From positions 2,952 to 66,951 of the forward strand of contig JAEZFL010000058.1 in NCBI GenBank assembly GCA_023417515.1: a DNA stretch of 64,000 nt, given 5' to 3'. This document shows, piece after piece, positions 8,960-21,551 of this stretch (the stretch's first letter is position 1; each line of letters begins with the position of its first letter). Both the position numbers and the translations under genes were made by a program. The DNA is from Pseudomonadota bacterium. GTDB lineage: Bacteria > Pseudomonadota > Alphaproteobacteria > Sphingomonadales > Sphingomonadaceae. The notes under the pieces are model-generated. The model saw only the letters and a list, made by a program, of their open reading frames with translations. It was not told where the DNA came from and did no database searches.

Positions 8960-11167
8960 CTATTGTCCCGGGAAGGGTATCGGGGGCGCGGCCGGCGCCT
9001 GCGGCTGCGGCGGCTGCGGCCCGGCGCCCCTGCGGCCGAAGCTGTAGGTCAGCGCGAGCTTGACTCGCGGCCCGTCGGAGAAATTGCGGACCCGCGAGCG
9101 CACCGAGTTGGAGAAGGTGATCGTCTCGAACTCCGTCCCGAAGATGTCGTCCACGGACAGGACCGAGGTGAATCGGTCGGTGATCGCGTGCGACCAGGAG
9201 GCGGAGGCGCGGAAGAAGGCGGCGCGCTCGACCAGGCCGTCGTCATAGGGCCCCGAGAAGGTGGTGTTCAGAGTGATCCGGTCGGTTCCGCGCCGGCCAT
9301 CGGGGCCGTCGCGATAATCCACCTGGGCGGTGGCCGAGTAGGTGCTGCTCTCAACGCTGTCGGTGAACCCGAATATGTCCTGGTCGATGCGCCGTCCGAT
9401 CAGGTTCGCGTTGATGTTGTAGGTCCAGCCCTGAAGCGGCGAGCCCTGGACCGCCACCGCGACCCCGCTGTCCTGCCGCTCGCCGACGTTGATCGGCCGG
9501 GTCAGGAAGACGCCGTCGGGCGTCAACGTGCCGAAGGTGGAGAAGAGATCGTCGGTGCGGCGGTGGAACAGGGTCAGCGAGACGGTCTGGCGCGCCACCT
9601 CGCCGCGGAACCGCACCTCGAACGCATCGGTCAGCTCGGGCCGAAGATCGGGATTGCCGACAAAGGCGGAGGTCGAGTCCTGGAACCGGAGCACCGGGCT
9701 GAGTTGCGGGATCTGCGGCCAGGCGATGCGGCGGGAATAGCTGAGATTGGCGGTCAGCCACTCCGCGATCCGGCGCTCGAAGCTCGCGCTTGGGAAGAGA
9801 TGGAACTCGCTCCTGCTGGTGCCGAGAACGGGGTCGACCAGGTCATAGTCGCGATTCTCGCCCCTGAGGCCGGCGAGGACGGTCCCGCCGAGCAAGGGGA
9901 ATTGAAGGCTGCCATAAGCGGCGGTTTCAAAGATCGTCCCCTCGACCACCGCGACCGTCGGCGGAAGCGTTCCGCCGAACGGCAATTCCCCGCTCTGCTC
10001 GCTTCGGGTGTAGTCGTACCCCTCGTTGAGGGTCCCGCCGGCGAGGAGCCGCCACCCCATCCCGAGCGGCCGGACATAATCGAGCTTGAAGTTGCGGATC
10101 CGGGCGTCGGTATCGTTGCGGGACTGGAAGATCCGCCCGTCGAAGTCGGACGTCGACCGGCTGTTCGGGCTGAAGCTGAACTGCTGGACCGAGGCAGTGA
10201 GCAATTCCGCCGGACGCCGCCCCTCCGCCCGATATTCGAGCGCGAAATTGTTGCCGTTATAGTCGAAGCGGTTGGTTGTCAGCTGGTTGATCGGACCCGC
10301 CGGGCCCGGGGTAATCAGCAGGTCCGAATCGATGTCGTTGCGCGCCTCGGCCGTGATCAGGCCGCCAGACAGGGTGATCGTCTTCTTGTCGCTCAGCCGG
10401 TAGGTGATTTGCGTGTTGGCATTGGCGAAGCGGAAGCGGCCGTCCAGCTCCTGGGTCTCGAGCGTGTCGGGGATCGGGCTGGCGGGATCGAGGTTGATTC
10501 GCTCGCGGATCGTCTCCGTTTCGGTGCCGTTGCGGGTCACGCCCAGATTGGCGGTGACCGTCCAGTCGCCGCTGCTCCAGGTCGGCGCGACGCGCGCCTC
10601 GTAGCTGCCGTAACGGCCGACGCTGGCGGTGACGGAGCCGCGGAGGCCGCCGGCGGCGTCGCGGCGCGTGATGATGTTGATGATTCCGCCGGTGCCCGAG
10701 GCGGAGAATTGCGCGCTGGGGTTGGTCACCACCTCGATTCGCGCGATCTCGGAACCCTGAAGGTCGCGAAGCACGTTCGGGTTGGGCGACGGGCGCCCGT
10801 CGACGAGCACGGTAACGCCGGTGGTTCCGAGCAGGCGAACCGAATTGTCGGGCTGCACCGTCACCGCCGGGATCCGGCCGAGGATGTCGAGCGCGTTCGA
10901 GGTCCGCGCCTGCGCATTGTCGCGGACGAGGTAGGTTTCGCGGTCGATGGAGGTGCGCTGGTCGGACTGGGCGCGCACGACGATCTCGTTCTCCGGCTCC
11001 GACGCTTGAGCAGGCGCGGCCTCCTGCTGCGGGGCGGCCGGCGCAGGGCCCGGTTGGGCTGGTTGCGTCTGCCCTGAGGGCAGCGACGCTGATGGCGGCT
11101 GGGCGGACGCGGTCGATACCGGAAGGACTGCCGCGGCGGACAACAACAGTAATTTGCGCAACTCCAA
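8960..11167 (-). CDS. TonB-dependent receptor / outer-membrane beta-barrel
   Basis: Signal peptide, EIVVRA TonB-box-like, IARIEVVTNPSAQF, GNPDLRPE, LTYSFG. Confidence 0.9.
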   Translation of the reverse strand: MELRKLLLLSAAAVLPVSTASAQPPSASLPSGQTQPAQPGPAPAAPQQEAAPAQASEPENEIVVRAQSDQRTSIDRETYLVRDNAQARTSNALDILGRIPAVTVQPDNSVRLLGTTGVTVLVDGRPSPNPNVLRDLQGSEIARIEVVTNPSAQFSASGTGGIINIITRRDAAGGLRGSVTASVGRYGSYEARVAPTWSSGDWTVTANLGVTRNGTETETIRERINLDPASPIPDTLETQELDGRFRFANANTQITYRLSDKKTITLSGGLITAEARNDIDSDLLITPGPAGPINQLTTNRFDYNGNNFALEYRAEGRRPAELLTASVQQFSFSPNSRSTSDFDGRIFQSRNDTDARIRNFKLDYVRPLGMGWRLLAGGTLNEGYDYTRSEQSGELPFGGTLPPTVAVVEGTIFETAAYGSLQFPLLGGTVLAGLRGENRDYDLVDPVLGTSRSEFHLFPSASFERRIAEWLTANLSYSRRIAWPQIPQLSPVLRFQDSTSAFVGNPDLRPELTDAFEVRFRGEVARQTVSLTLFHRRTDDLFSTFGTLTPDGVFLTRPINVGERQDSGVAVAVQGSPLQGWTYNINANLIGRRIDQDIFGFTDSVESSTYSATAQVDYRDGPDGRRGTDRITLNTTFSGPYDDGLVERAAFFRASASWSHAITDRFTSVLSVDDIFGTEFETITFSNSVRSRVRNFSDGPRVKLALTYSFGRRGAGPQPPQPQAPAAPPIPFPGQ

Positions 11168-11499
11168 TACCTCCCGATGTCCCGGTGTCAGTCGTCAGTC
11201 CCGCCGAGCAAGCGCCCGCGAGCCGATCGGACTGGTTTTCCGGAAAGCTCACCCCCCGCGGGCCGGCTGTCCCGCGTATCACTTGACTAACACGGCAACA
11301 CACAGCCGTCAAAGCCTTGCTAGCCGGCTCATTCATGCGGGCGACGGCAGCGGAAAGCATGAGCAGCAGGTGAGCTTTTGATGAAAAGCGACCTATTTGC
11401 GCTCGGAGGCGGCGTCGGCGTCGCACCGCTCCTTGAATAACCCGGCCCTGGGGGGCATCGCGCTGGGCGAAGCCTTACGTCAGACCGAGGATGGCCCCG

Positions 11500-12390
11500 A
11501 TGACCGACACGATCGAGCAGGACAGCCCGCTGGCCCTTGACGACCAGCAGCAGGCGGCGCGCGACTGGTTCGAGGCGCTGCGCACGCGTATCTGTGCCGA
11601 GTTCGAGGCGATCGAGCGCGAGGCCGGGAGCGACGCCAGCTTCGACTATATCGAATGGGACCGGCTCGATCCGGACGGGGCGCCCGGCGGCGGCGGCGTG
11701 CGCGGCGTGATGAAGGGCAAGGTGTTCGAGAAGGTCGGGGTCAACGTCTCGACCGTCGGCGGCCGCTTCAGCGAGGAATTCGCGCGAACCATCCACGGCG
11801 CGGAGGAGGATCCGCGCTTCTTCGCCACCGGGATCAGCCTGGTCGCGCACATGGCCAACCCGCACGTTCCCGCGGTCCACATGAACACCCGCTTCCTGGT
11901 GACGACCCGGCGCTGGTTCGGCGGCGGCGCCGACCTCAACCCGCCGATCCCCTATGAGGACGACACGGCCGAGTTCCATGCGCGGCTTCGCGCCGCCTGC
12001 GCCGCTCACGACCAGACCTATTATGAGCGGTTCAAGCGCTGGGCCGACGATTATTTCTACATCCCGCACCGCGGCGTCCACCGCGGGGTCGGCGGGATCT
12101 TCTACGACCATCTCGAATGCGTCGGCCCCGGCGAGGGCGCGACCTTCGCGGAGAATTTCGCCTTCACCCGCGACGTCGGCGAGGCGTTCCTGGACGTTTA
12201 TCCGCGCATCGTTCGGCGGCGGATGGGCGCCGATTTCACGCCCGAGGACAAGCAGCGTCAACTCGAATGGCGCGGCCGCTATGCCGAGTTCAACCTGATC
12301 TACGACCGCGGCACCCTGTTCGGCCTCAAGACCGGCGGCAATGTCGACGCCATCCTGATGAGCCTGCCGCCGGAAGCGACGTGGTCCTAG
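11500..12390 (+). CDS. hemF: Oxygen-dependent coproporphyrinogen III oxidase
   Basis: FEKVGVNVS, HMNTRF, WFGGGADL, RGRYAEFNL, ILMSLPP. Confidence 0.97.
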   Translation: MTDTIEQDSPLALDDQQQAARDWFEALRTRICAEFEAIEREAGSDASFDYIEWDRLDPDGAPGGGGVRGVMKGKVFEKVGVNVSTVGGRFSEEFARTIHGAEEDPRFFATGISLVAHMANPHVPAVHMNTRFLVTTRRWFGGGADLNPPIPYEDDTAEFHARLRAACAAHDQTYYERFKRWADDYFYIPHRGVHRGVGGIFYDHLECVGPGEGATFAENFAFTRDVGEAFLDVYPRIVRRRMGADFTPEDKQRQLEWRGRYAEFNLIYDRGTLFGLKTGGNVDAILMSLPPEATWS

Positions 12391-12529
12391 TTCCTCCCCA
12401 TGCAGCGCATGGGGAGGGGGGCCATCTGCCGAAGGCAGATGGTGGAGGGGTTTGGTCCTCGGCCCCTGGCGTTACCCCTCCACCATGCTTCGCATGGTCC
12501 CCCTCCCCCCCGCTTCGCGGCAGGGAGAA
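12391..12529. repeat. Palindromic intergenic repeat, family A1
   Basis: TTCCTCCCC..GGGGAGGGGGGCCA..TGGTGGAGGGG..CCCCTCCACCA..TGGTCCCCCTCCCC. Confidence 0.8.
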
Positions 12530-12533
12530 ATAG

Positions 12534-13109
12534 ATGCCGCTTCACCCGCTCCCGCCGGGCCATGTCGGCGCCGTCGTCACCGCGCTGGCCATGTCCCGGC
12601 GGCCGGATGCCGGACCCCTGCCCGCCTCCGATCTCGTCGTCGAGCCGTGGCCCGACCCCGATCTCGACCGCTACCGCGCGCTGTTCCGCCGCATCGGCGC
12701 GCGCTGGCTGTGGTATTCGCGGCTGGTGATGGCCGATGCCGAGCTTCGCGCCGCGCTCGGCGAGGTGCATGTCGTGCGCGGTCCGGACGGCGCCGAAGTC
12801 GGAATGATCGAGCTCGAGCGGGCACCGGATGCCTGCCGGATCCGCTTCCTCGGCCTCGTCCCGGAGCTGACCGGGCGCGGCCATGGCCGCTGGCTGATCG
12901 CCACGGCGCTCGATCTCGCCTGGCGGGACGGCGTCGAGCAGGTCGAGCTCTACACCTGCTCGCTCGACCATCCCGCGGCGATGCCGGCCTATCTGCGCGC
13001 CGGCTTCACCGCGGTGTCACGCTCGTTCGAGAGCTTCCCCGACCCGCGCCTCGCCGGGCTCCTGCCCCGGGACTGCGCGCCGCAAGTGCCGCTGGTCGAG
13101 CCTAGGTGA
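12534..13109 (+). CDS. GNAT N-acetyltransferase
   Basis: FLGLVPELTGRGHGRWL, TCSLDHPAA..Y.RAGF. Confidence 0.88.
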   Translation: MPLHPLPPGHVGAVVTALAMSRRPDAGPLPASDLVVEPWPDPDLDRYRALFRRIGARWLWYSRLVMADAELRAALGEVHVVRGPDGAEVGMIELERAPDACRIRFLGLVPELTGRGHGRWLIATALDLAWRDGVEQVELYTCSLDHPAAMPAYLRAGFTAVSRSFESFPDPRLAGLLPRDCAPQVPLVEPR

Positions 13110-13866
13110 ACCTCTTCTCGAGGTCGGGGCGCGACGTCAGCGAGCGATAGATGGCGGCGAGAAGGACCGTCGCCACCAGGGTGGTCGCGGCGCTGAGGAT
13201 CCCTCCGACAATGGCGAGGAGCAGGCCGCCGACCCCCTCGTTGCCGAGCGTCAGCACGATCACGATGCCGAGCGCCGAGCTCACCGCGAGATTGATGATC
13301 AGCGCCGCGATGTAGACGAGAAGCACGAGCAGCGCGATCTGCCAGCCGAGGCCGCGGCTCAATTCCCAGGACCGCTGCAGCGCCGAGAAAGGCGCGCGCC
13401 GCATCTCCGCCACCAGCACCGGGCTCGCCAGCGACAGCCGCCCGAGCAGGTAGATGAACGGGATGATGAGAAGCAGGAATGCGACGGCCAGCGCCAGGTT
13501 CAGCACCAGCGTCAGAACCAGGTAGAAAGGCAGGATCGGCAACGCCGCCGCCACTGCCCCGCCTACCGTCATTCGCGGCGACGCGAGCAGCAGCAGGTAG
13601 ATGGCGATGAGGCCGACCATGTTGACCAGCGACGACAGAAGCATCCAGTGGGCATTGCTCTGCCACCAGGAAAGCATCAGCTCGATCATCTCGGCCGGCG
13701 TCGTCCCGCCTTCGGGCGGCGGCACGAAATGCGCGACCAGCACCGCCGGAAGGAACAGGAACACGCCGGCAATGGCGGTCAGCAGGCCTGCATTGGCGCC
13801 CAGCATCTTCAGCGTGTCGGCCCACACGCGGCTGAAGGAAAAGTCGGCCTTGGTCGGTGCGTTCAT
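13102..13866 (-). CDS. Multi-pass membrane protein (GDPD membrane-domain-like)
   Basis: Multiple hydrophobic segments; [11 protein letters not shown] motif. Confidence 0.7.
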   Translation of the reverse strand: MNAPTKADFSFSRVWADTLKMLGANAGLLTAIAGVFLFLPAVLVAHFVPPPEGGTTPAEMIELMLSWWQSNAHWMLLSSLVNMVGLIAIYLLLLASPRMTVGGAVAAALPILPFYLVLTLVLNLALAVAFLLLIIPFIYLLGRLSLASPVLVAEMRRAPFSALQRSWELSRGLGWQIALLVLLVYIAALIINLAVSSALGIVIVLTLGNEGVGGLLLAIVGGILSAATTLVATVLLAAIYRSLTSRPDLEKRFT

Positions 13867-13945
13867 GGCGTCGGCTTTGCCGCGCCTTCGGGCGGCTGGC
13901 AAGAAAGGCTTGGAGCGGACGCCCTTTTTCGGCACGGGGCGCGGC

Positions 13946-14602
13946 GTGAGCAGCGAACTGATCGACGACGTGGAATGGCGGCTGACGGACGGGCCGGTGC
14001 CCTATCCCGAGGCGTTGGCCGAGATGGACTCGCGAAGCGCGGCGATCCGCGCCGGCACCGCCCGCGAGCTCGTCTGGCTGCTCGAGCATCCGCCCCTGTT
14101 CACCGCCGGCACCAGCGCCGATCCCGCCGAATTGTTCAACCCGCAGGGCTTCCCGGTTTATGATGCCGGGCGCGGCGGCCGCTACACCTATCACGGCCCC
14201 GGCCAGCGCGTCGGCTATATCCTTCTCGACCTCGACAGGCGCGGCCGCGACGTGCGCCGTTTCGTCCATTCGCTCGAAGCCTGGCTGATCGAGTCACTGG
14301 GCGAGGTCGGCGTGGAGGCATGGGCGGTGCCGGAGCGAATCGGCATCTGGACGAAGGACGCCGAGGGCCGGGAGGCCAAGATCGGGGCGATCGGCGTGCG
14401 CGTCCGGCGCTGGGTGACGACCCACGGCTTCGCGCTCAACGTGGCCCCGAAACTTTCGGACTTCTCAGGGATCGTCCCGTGCGGTATTTCCGACTTTCCG
14501 GTCACGAGCCTGGAAGCAATCGGGCTCGCGAACGAAGGGGGGAAGCTGGACCTGGCACTTAGGAACAAATTCGCCGATTTCGTCGGCATGCTCGCCGCGT
14601 AA
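13946..14602 (+). CDS. lipB: Lipoyl(octanoyl) transferase
   Basis: [46 protein letters not shown] start assumed. Confidence 0.95.
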   Translation: MSSELIDDVEWRLTDGPVPYPEALAEMDSRSAAIRAGTARELVWLLEHPPLFTAGTSADPAELFNPQGFPVYDAGRGGRYTYHGPGQRVGYILLDLDRRGRDVRRFVHSLEAWLIESLGEVGVEAWAVPERIGIWTKDAEGREAKIGAIGVRVRRWVTTHGFALNVAPKLSDFSGIVPCGISDFPVTSLEAIGLANEGGKLDLALRNKFADFVGMLAA

Positions 14603-14705
14603 CGAAGCGGGCTTGAGGGCAGTTTCCTTTCCGTATAAGTGTGCAAACCGATTTGGGCAGAAACGGGCCAACCCGACCAAATCTTCTATCTAGGGAGCAA
14701 TTCGA

Positions 14706-14975
14706 ATGCGTGACATCATCATCAAGGCGTCCATGATCGCTGGTGCGGCCCTGCTCGTCACCGCCTGCGGCGAGACGGCCACCAACAACACCACCGCCAA
14801 CACCATGGGCGGCGAGTACAACACCACCGACACCATGGGCAACATGGGCGACATGAACACCATGGGCACCACCATGGACGGCAACATGTCGACCGACACC
14901 AACATGTCGGGCAACATCTCGGTCAACACCTCGACCGGCAACGTCTCGGGCAACGTGTCGACCAACGGCATGTAA
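14706..14975 (+). CDS. Small Asn/Thr/Met-rich lipoprotein
   Basis: Lipobox VTAC; strongly biased codons; RBS GGAG; terminator follows. Confidence 0.8.
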   Translation: MRDIIIKASMIAGAALLVTACGETATNNTTANTMGGEYNTTDTMGNMGDMNTMGTTMDGNMSTDTNMSGNISVNTSTGNVSGNVSTNGM

Positions 14976-14998
14976 GCTTTCGCTCCTTGCGAGTGCTT

Positions 14999-15032
14999 GA
15001 AAGGGCCGCCGGGCGACCGGCGGCCCTTTCTC
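14999..15032 (+). terminator. Rho-independent terminator
   Basis: GAAAGGGCCGCCGG-GCGA-CCGGCGGCCCTTTC. Confidence 0.8.
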
Positions 15033-15091
15033 GTTGGGGGAAGCAGCGGTAAGGCGCTGCGAGGATTCGAGGCAAAGAAGGGAGCAAGCCG

Positions 15092-15466
15092 ATGACGAAA
15101 TTGCTGTTCGCCGGCGCTTCGGCCGGCCTTCTCCTGCTCTCCGCCTGCGGCTCGGACCAGGCCGCCGACAATGGCTCCGCCACCGACCTCAACGCCGCCG
15201 CCGGAATGCCGCTCGGCAACGACGCCAGCGCGATGGAGGTCGTCGGCAGCCAGGGTTCCGGGACGCTGCCGATGCCTGCGGCGGCCGAGGCCAATACCGC
15301 CGCGCCATCGTCCAATCGCAGCGCAGCGGCGCCGCGCGAGCGCGACCGGGCGGACGAGACCAACCGCGGCCGCAGCGCGCCGCCACCCGCCGAGGACGTC
15401 GACGACAGCCCGCCCGGCGGCGACCGCGGCGGCAATGCCGCGCAAGGCAATCTGTCGGGTCTGTGA
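15092..15466 (+). CDS. Small lipoprotein
   Basis: Lipobox LSAC; RBS GGAG. Confidence 0.7.
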   Translation: MTKLLFAGASAGLLLLSACGSDQAADNGSATDLNAAAGMPLGNDASAMEVVGSQGSGTLPMPAAAEANTAAPSSNRSAAAPRERDRADETNRGRSAPPPAEDVDDSPPGGDRGGNAAQGNLSGL

Positions 15467-15616
15467 TCGCAGCCTTGCGCCTTGCTGGCGGGACTCGGCG
15501 CAGCTAAACCGTTGCGGCAGCACGGCAGTCGGCGCCCGGACCGCGTTGGTCTCTTCGGCACCGCCTGCTAGGCTTGCTGCAATGCTCCTGCGTCCAGGAG
15601 CCCGGCGGAGTCTGGA

Positions 15617-16297
15617 ATGAAGCATCTCGCGCGCAAATTGACGATCCGAATGGCGGCGGCCGCCATTGCCCTTGCCCTGCCCGCCACCGCGCAGGCTCAG
15701 CTCTTCTTCACCGATCCCAATTTCGAACGCGGCGCGGTCGAGCCCGGCGACGCGATCATCGGCCTCCCGCTGCCTGGCGCCACCCCGGCCGAGCTGCGCG
15801 CGGGCCTGCTGTGGAACCTTCGCGCCGGCCTCAACGTGTCGGCGCTGCAATGCCAGTTCTCGCGCTACCTGCGCGCGGTCGACAATTACAACGCGATCCT
15901 CGACCATCATTCCGAGGAGCTCGCGACCGCCTACAGCACGCTCGAGGGCTATTTCCGCCGCAACGCCGCCAACCAGCGCGCCGGCCAGCGCGAATTCGAC
16001 GAGTGGAACACCAGCACCTACCAGAATTTCTCGAGCCTCTATGGCCAGATCGGCTTCTGCCAGGTCGCGGCCGACGTCGCCAAGCACGCCCTCGCCCAAC
16101 CCAAGGGGCAGCTCTTCGAGATCGCCCGCACCCGAATCCGCGAGATGCGCAGCGCCCTGCGCCCGTCCGGGGACCGCCTGTTCTCCGAGGTCCCAGCGCT
16201 CAGCGCCCTGCAGCCGCTGCCTTATACCTTGTTCAGCGGGCCGAGCTGTGCCGGGCTGCGCGGCCGCGACCTGCGCCGCTGCCAGGAATCACGGTAG
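15617..16297 (+). CDS. Secreted hypothetical protein
   Basis: Signal peptide ending AQA; WNLRAGLNVSALQC; good coding bias. Confidence 0.75.
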   Translation: MKHLARKLTIRMAAAAIALALPATAQAQLFFTDPNFERGAVEPGDAIIGLPLPGATPAELRAGLLWNLRAGLNVSALQCQFSRYLRAVDNYNAILDHHSEELATAYSTLEGYFRRNAANQRAGQREFDEWNTSTYQNFSSLYGQIGFCQVAADVAKHALAQPKGQLFEIARTRIREMRSALRPSGDRLFSEVPALSALQPLPYTLFSGPSCAGLRGRDLRRCQESR

Positions 16298-16915
16298 TCC
16301 GATCAGCTTGTGGGTCTGCACGCCGAGGCGCCAGCGCGGCTCGGCCATGACCAGTGCGATCGCCGCCTGAAGCGAGGCCTCGCGCTCCGGGCCGTCGAGC
16401 GGCTGGATGATGAAATGACGAAAATCCCAGCCGAGCAATTCGGCCGGGTCGATGCCCGACTGCGGCCACACCAGCTTCAATTCGTCGCCTGAGCGCTGGA
16501 CCACCGGGTTGGCGCCCTTGGGGCTGACGCAGATCCAGTCGAGCCCGGCCGGCGCGGCCTGGGTGCCGTTGGTCTCTACCGCAACTTCGAAGCCGCGCGC
16601 GTGGAGCGCCGCGATCAACTCGGGATCGGCCTGGAGCAAGGGCTCGCCGCCGGTCATCACCACCAGCGGACGGGCGCCCTCGCCCCACAGCGCCGCGACC
16701 CTGTCGGCGAGCGCCTCGGCCTCGTAGCGGCCGCCATTCTCGCCATCCATGCCGACGAAATCGGTGTCGCAGAAGGTGCATTGGGCGGTGGCGCGGTCCT
16801 GCTCGCGGCCGGTCCACAAATTGCAACCGGCGAAGCGCAGGAACACGGCGCGACGGCCGGCCTGCATCCCCTCCCCTTGAAGGGTCAGGAAGATTTCCTT
16901 GACCGCGTAGCTCAT
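16289..16915 (-). CDS. queE: 7-carboxy-7-deazaguanine synthase
   Basis: [21 protein letters not shown]...[21 protein letters not shown]. Confidence 0.95.
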   Translation of the reverse strand: MSYAVKEIFLTLQGEGMQAGRRAVFLRFAGCNLWTGREQDRATAQCTFCDTDFVGMDGENGGRYEAEALADRVAALWGEGARPLVVMTGGEPLLQADPELIAALHARGFEVAVETNGTQAAPAGLDWICVSPKGANPVVQRSGDELKLVWPQSGIDPAELLGWDFRHFIIQPLDGPEREASLQAAIALVMAEPRWRLGVQTHKLIGLP

Positions 16916-17625
16916 CGCCCGCGCCCCGCAGGGCCGGGAGATGCGGCGTAGCGGGTCGGGTCCGCGATGCCCGCTTCGTCGAAGCCCCTGGCACGCAGCC
17001 GGCAGGAATCGCACAGGCCGCAATGCGCCCCGTCCGGCGTGGGATCGTAGCAGGACCAGCTCAGCCCCGGATCGATTCCGAGCCGGGCCGCCTCGTGGAC
17101 GATGTCGGCCTTGGTCATCTCCATCAGCGGCGCGTGGACCCGAAACGCCTGGCCCTCGACTCCGGCCTTGGTCGCCAGCCGAGCCATCTCCTCGAACGCG
17201 CGAACGAACTCAGGCCGGCAATCCGGATATCCCGAATAATCGAGCGCGTTGATGCCGATGAAGATGTCGCTCGCGCCGGTCGCCTCGGCCAGGCCCAGGC
17301 ACAAGGTCAGGAAGATCGCGTTGCGCGCCGGCACATAGGTGACCGGAATGTCGTCCTCGGCGACGCCACCCTTCGGAACGGCGATGTCGGCGGTCAGCGC
17401 CGATCCGCCGAAGCGGCTGAGGTCCAAAGGCAGGACGATGTGGCGCTCGACGCCGAGCATGTCGGCGATCCGCACCGAGGCCTCGAGCTCGACCCGGTGG
17501 CGCTGGTTGTAATCCACGGTCAGCGAAACGAGGCGGAAGCCCTGCTCGCGCGCGATCGCGCCGACGGTCATCGAATCGAGACCGCCCGAAAGGAGGATGA
17601 TCGCCTGCTTGTCGCTCGTCGCCAT
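16912..17625 (-). CDS. queC: 7-cyano-7-deazaguanine synthase
   Basis: [33 protein letters not shown]. Confidence 0.97.
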   Translation of the reverse strand: MATSDKQAIILLSGGLDSMTVGAIAREQGFRLVSLTVDYNQRHRVELEASVRIADMLGVERHIVLPLDLSRFGGSALTADIAVPKGGVAEDDIPVTYVPARNAIFLTLCLGLAEATGASDIFIGINALDYSGYPDCRPEFVRAFEEMARLATKAGVEGQAFRVHAPLMEMTKADIVHEAARLGIDPGLSWSCYDPTPDGAHCGLCDSCRLRARGFDEAGIADPTRYAASPGPAGRGR

Positions 17626-17679
17626 GGCGGCGCAGCTAGGGATTGCGGCCGCGATACTCAACCGTGGCCCCTTCCCGAA

Positions 17680-17770
17680 CAGAAACGGGCCGCCCAGTGG
17701 ACGGCCCAGTTTGGCTGCAAGAGCCTTCTAGGGAGGAAAGCGTGTCCATCGGACACCCGTCCTCCCTAGC
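17680..17770 (-). ncRNA. Candidate small RNA (hairpin with CCUCCC, then terminator)
   Basis: Hairpin CTAGGGAGG...CCTCCCTAG (17728-17769), terminator-like stem 17687-17707, CtrA-like box 17781-17795 upstream. Confidence 0.45.
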
Positions 17771-17821
17771 GCCAAATGGCTAAACCGCGGCTTAACGCGA
17801 CCGACCGGAGGAGCCCGTCGG

Positions 17822-18745
17822 TCAGAGGTCGCCGGCCGCGATCGGGAAGCTTCTCGAGCAGAATTCGCAATCGACGCTGATCACGCCATTCTCGTCGGCC
17901 ATGTCCGCGCGCTCCTCCGCGCTGAAGCGGCCGATCACGCCGCGGATATGCTCCGCGCTGCAGCGGCAGCCGCGGACGAGGGGGACCGACGCGAGGATGC
18001 GCACCTCCTCCTCCTCGTTGAACAGCCGCCACAGCAGGGTCTCGACCGGCAGGTCGAGGTCGAACAATTCGTTCGAGCGGATCGTTTCGGCGAGGATGCG
18101 GACATGCTCCCATTCGGGGTGGTCGAGCCGGGTGTGAAGCCGCTCGCGTCCTTCCTCGCCCTCCGGCAGATGCTGGAGCAGGAGTCCGCCGGCGACATGG
18201 CCGGTGTCGTCGATGGCGATCCGCACCAGGCTCGGAATCTGCTCGGACTGGGCGAAGAAGCTCTGCGCCGCCTCCGCCAGGCTGTCGCCCTCCAGCGGAA
18301 CGATGCCCTGGTAGCGCTCCCGAGTCGCAGTCTGGTCGAAGGTGATGGCGAGATAGCCCTTGCCGAACAGCTTCTCGAGGCTGGGCAGCGCCGGAGTCTC
18401 GGCGAGCCGCTCCATGTCGAAACGGACATAGCCGCGAAGCTCGCCGCCGCGATAGTCGCACACCAGCAGGTCGACGATGCCGGCCTCGGTCTGCGCCTGG
18501 ACGGTGAGCTGGCCGCCGGCATCCTTGAGCATCGCTCCGAGCAATGCGGTCAGGGTCAATGCCTCCGACAGGATGCGCGCGATCGGCGCCGGATAGGCAT
18601 GCGCCGACAGCACCTCGTCTAGCACCGGCCCGAGGCGAACGAGACGCCCGCGCGCATGGCGCTGCGGCAAGGTGAAGCCAATCGCCTCGTCGAGATTGGT
18701 GGCCGAGGCGGGGAAAGGAGAAGGTTTCGAAGACATCGCGGCCAT
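17822..18745 (-). CDS. hslO: Hsp33 redox chaperone
   Basis: RGRLVRL, YQGIVPL, CRCS and CEFC zinc motifs. Confidence 0.95.
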   Translation of the reverse strand: MAAMSSKPSPFPASATNLDEAIGFTLPQRHARGRLVRLGPVLDEVLSAHAYPAPIARILSEALTLTALLGAMLKDAGGQLTVQAQTEAGIVDLLVCDYRGGELRGYVRFDMERLAETPALPSLEKLFGKGYLAITFDQTATRERYQGIVPLEGDSLAEAAQSFFAQSEQIPSLVRIAIDDTGHVAGGLLLQHLPEGEEGRERLHTRLDHPEWEHVRILAETIRSNELFDLDLPVETLLWRLFNEEEEVRILASVPLVRGCRCSAEHIRGVIGRFSAEERADMADENGVISVDCEFCSRSFPIAAGDL

Positions 18746-18787
18746 ATAGGGGCGACGTGGCGGGGATTCAGCCCCCTGTGGGGTGGG

Positions 18788-19075
18788 TCAATCGTCGAAC
18801 AGCGCCGTCACGTCGCGCGAGCCGTGGATCGCCTTTCCCCGGCTGATCACGTCATCAATCACGTCTCGCGTGAACGGACGCGGCTCGCCGCTTGCGAGCG
18901 CCTCGTCCACCAGATGCTTGAGGCGCTTGATCTCGGCTTAGGGGCGTCGGCTCCACGCCTGGAGCGCCTCGCGAACCACGTCGTTCGAGTTGGAATAATC
19001 GCCGCTCGCCACCGCCGCATCGATATCCCGCGCCAGCTCCTCGGTGACGTCCACGCTGATCTGAACCGCGCCCAT
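18788..19075 (-). pseudogene. ParD-like (RHH) antitoxin interrupted by an in-frame TAA
   Basis: MGAVQISVDVTEELARDIDAAVASGDYSNSNDVVREALQAWSRRP*AEIKRLKHLVDEALASG...FDD*; stop at 18938-18940 with the frame continuing. Confidence 0.7.
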
Positions 19076-19122
19076 CTGACCTCCGATCGAGACGTCAAGC
19101 CTAGCCGGCCATGGCGCACGGT

Positions 19123-21359
<2,237 letters not shown>

Positions 21360-21551
21360 CGTGGCGAACTCCTGTGGGCGGCCGGTTGGGGATTTGCGGC
21401 CGCTATAGGGGGTCGGTCGAACGAGCGTCAAATGCCGCGTCAGGCAAAGGGTGCCAGCCGGCCCGCCCCGAACACGTTCCCCCGCGCCCTGGCCGGCGCG
21501 GGGAAATCTGGAGTCAATCGAGATCGATGGACTTGGCCTCAGGCGGAGTCG

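Noticed and set aside
16289..17625. 7-deazaguanine DNA-modification (dpd) defence island
   Set aside because: No dpdA/tgt-like or other dpd genes are nearby; the context is ordinary queuosine biosynthesis.
17626..17770. preQ1 riboswitch upstream of queC
   Set aside because: No preQ1-I stem with an A-rich 3' tail is recognisable; kept only as an sRNA/leader candidate.
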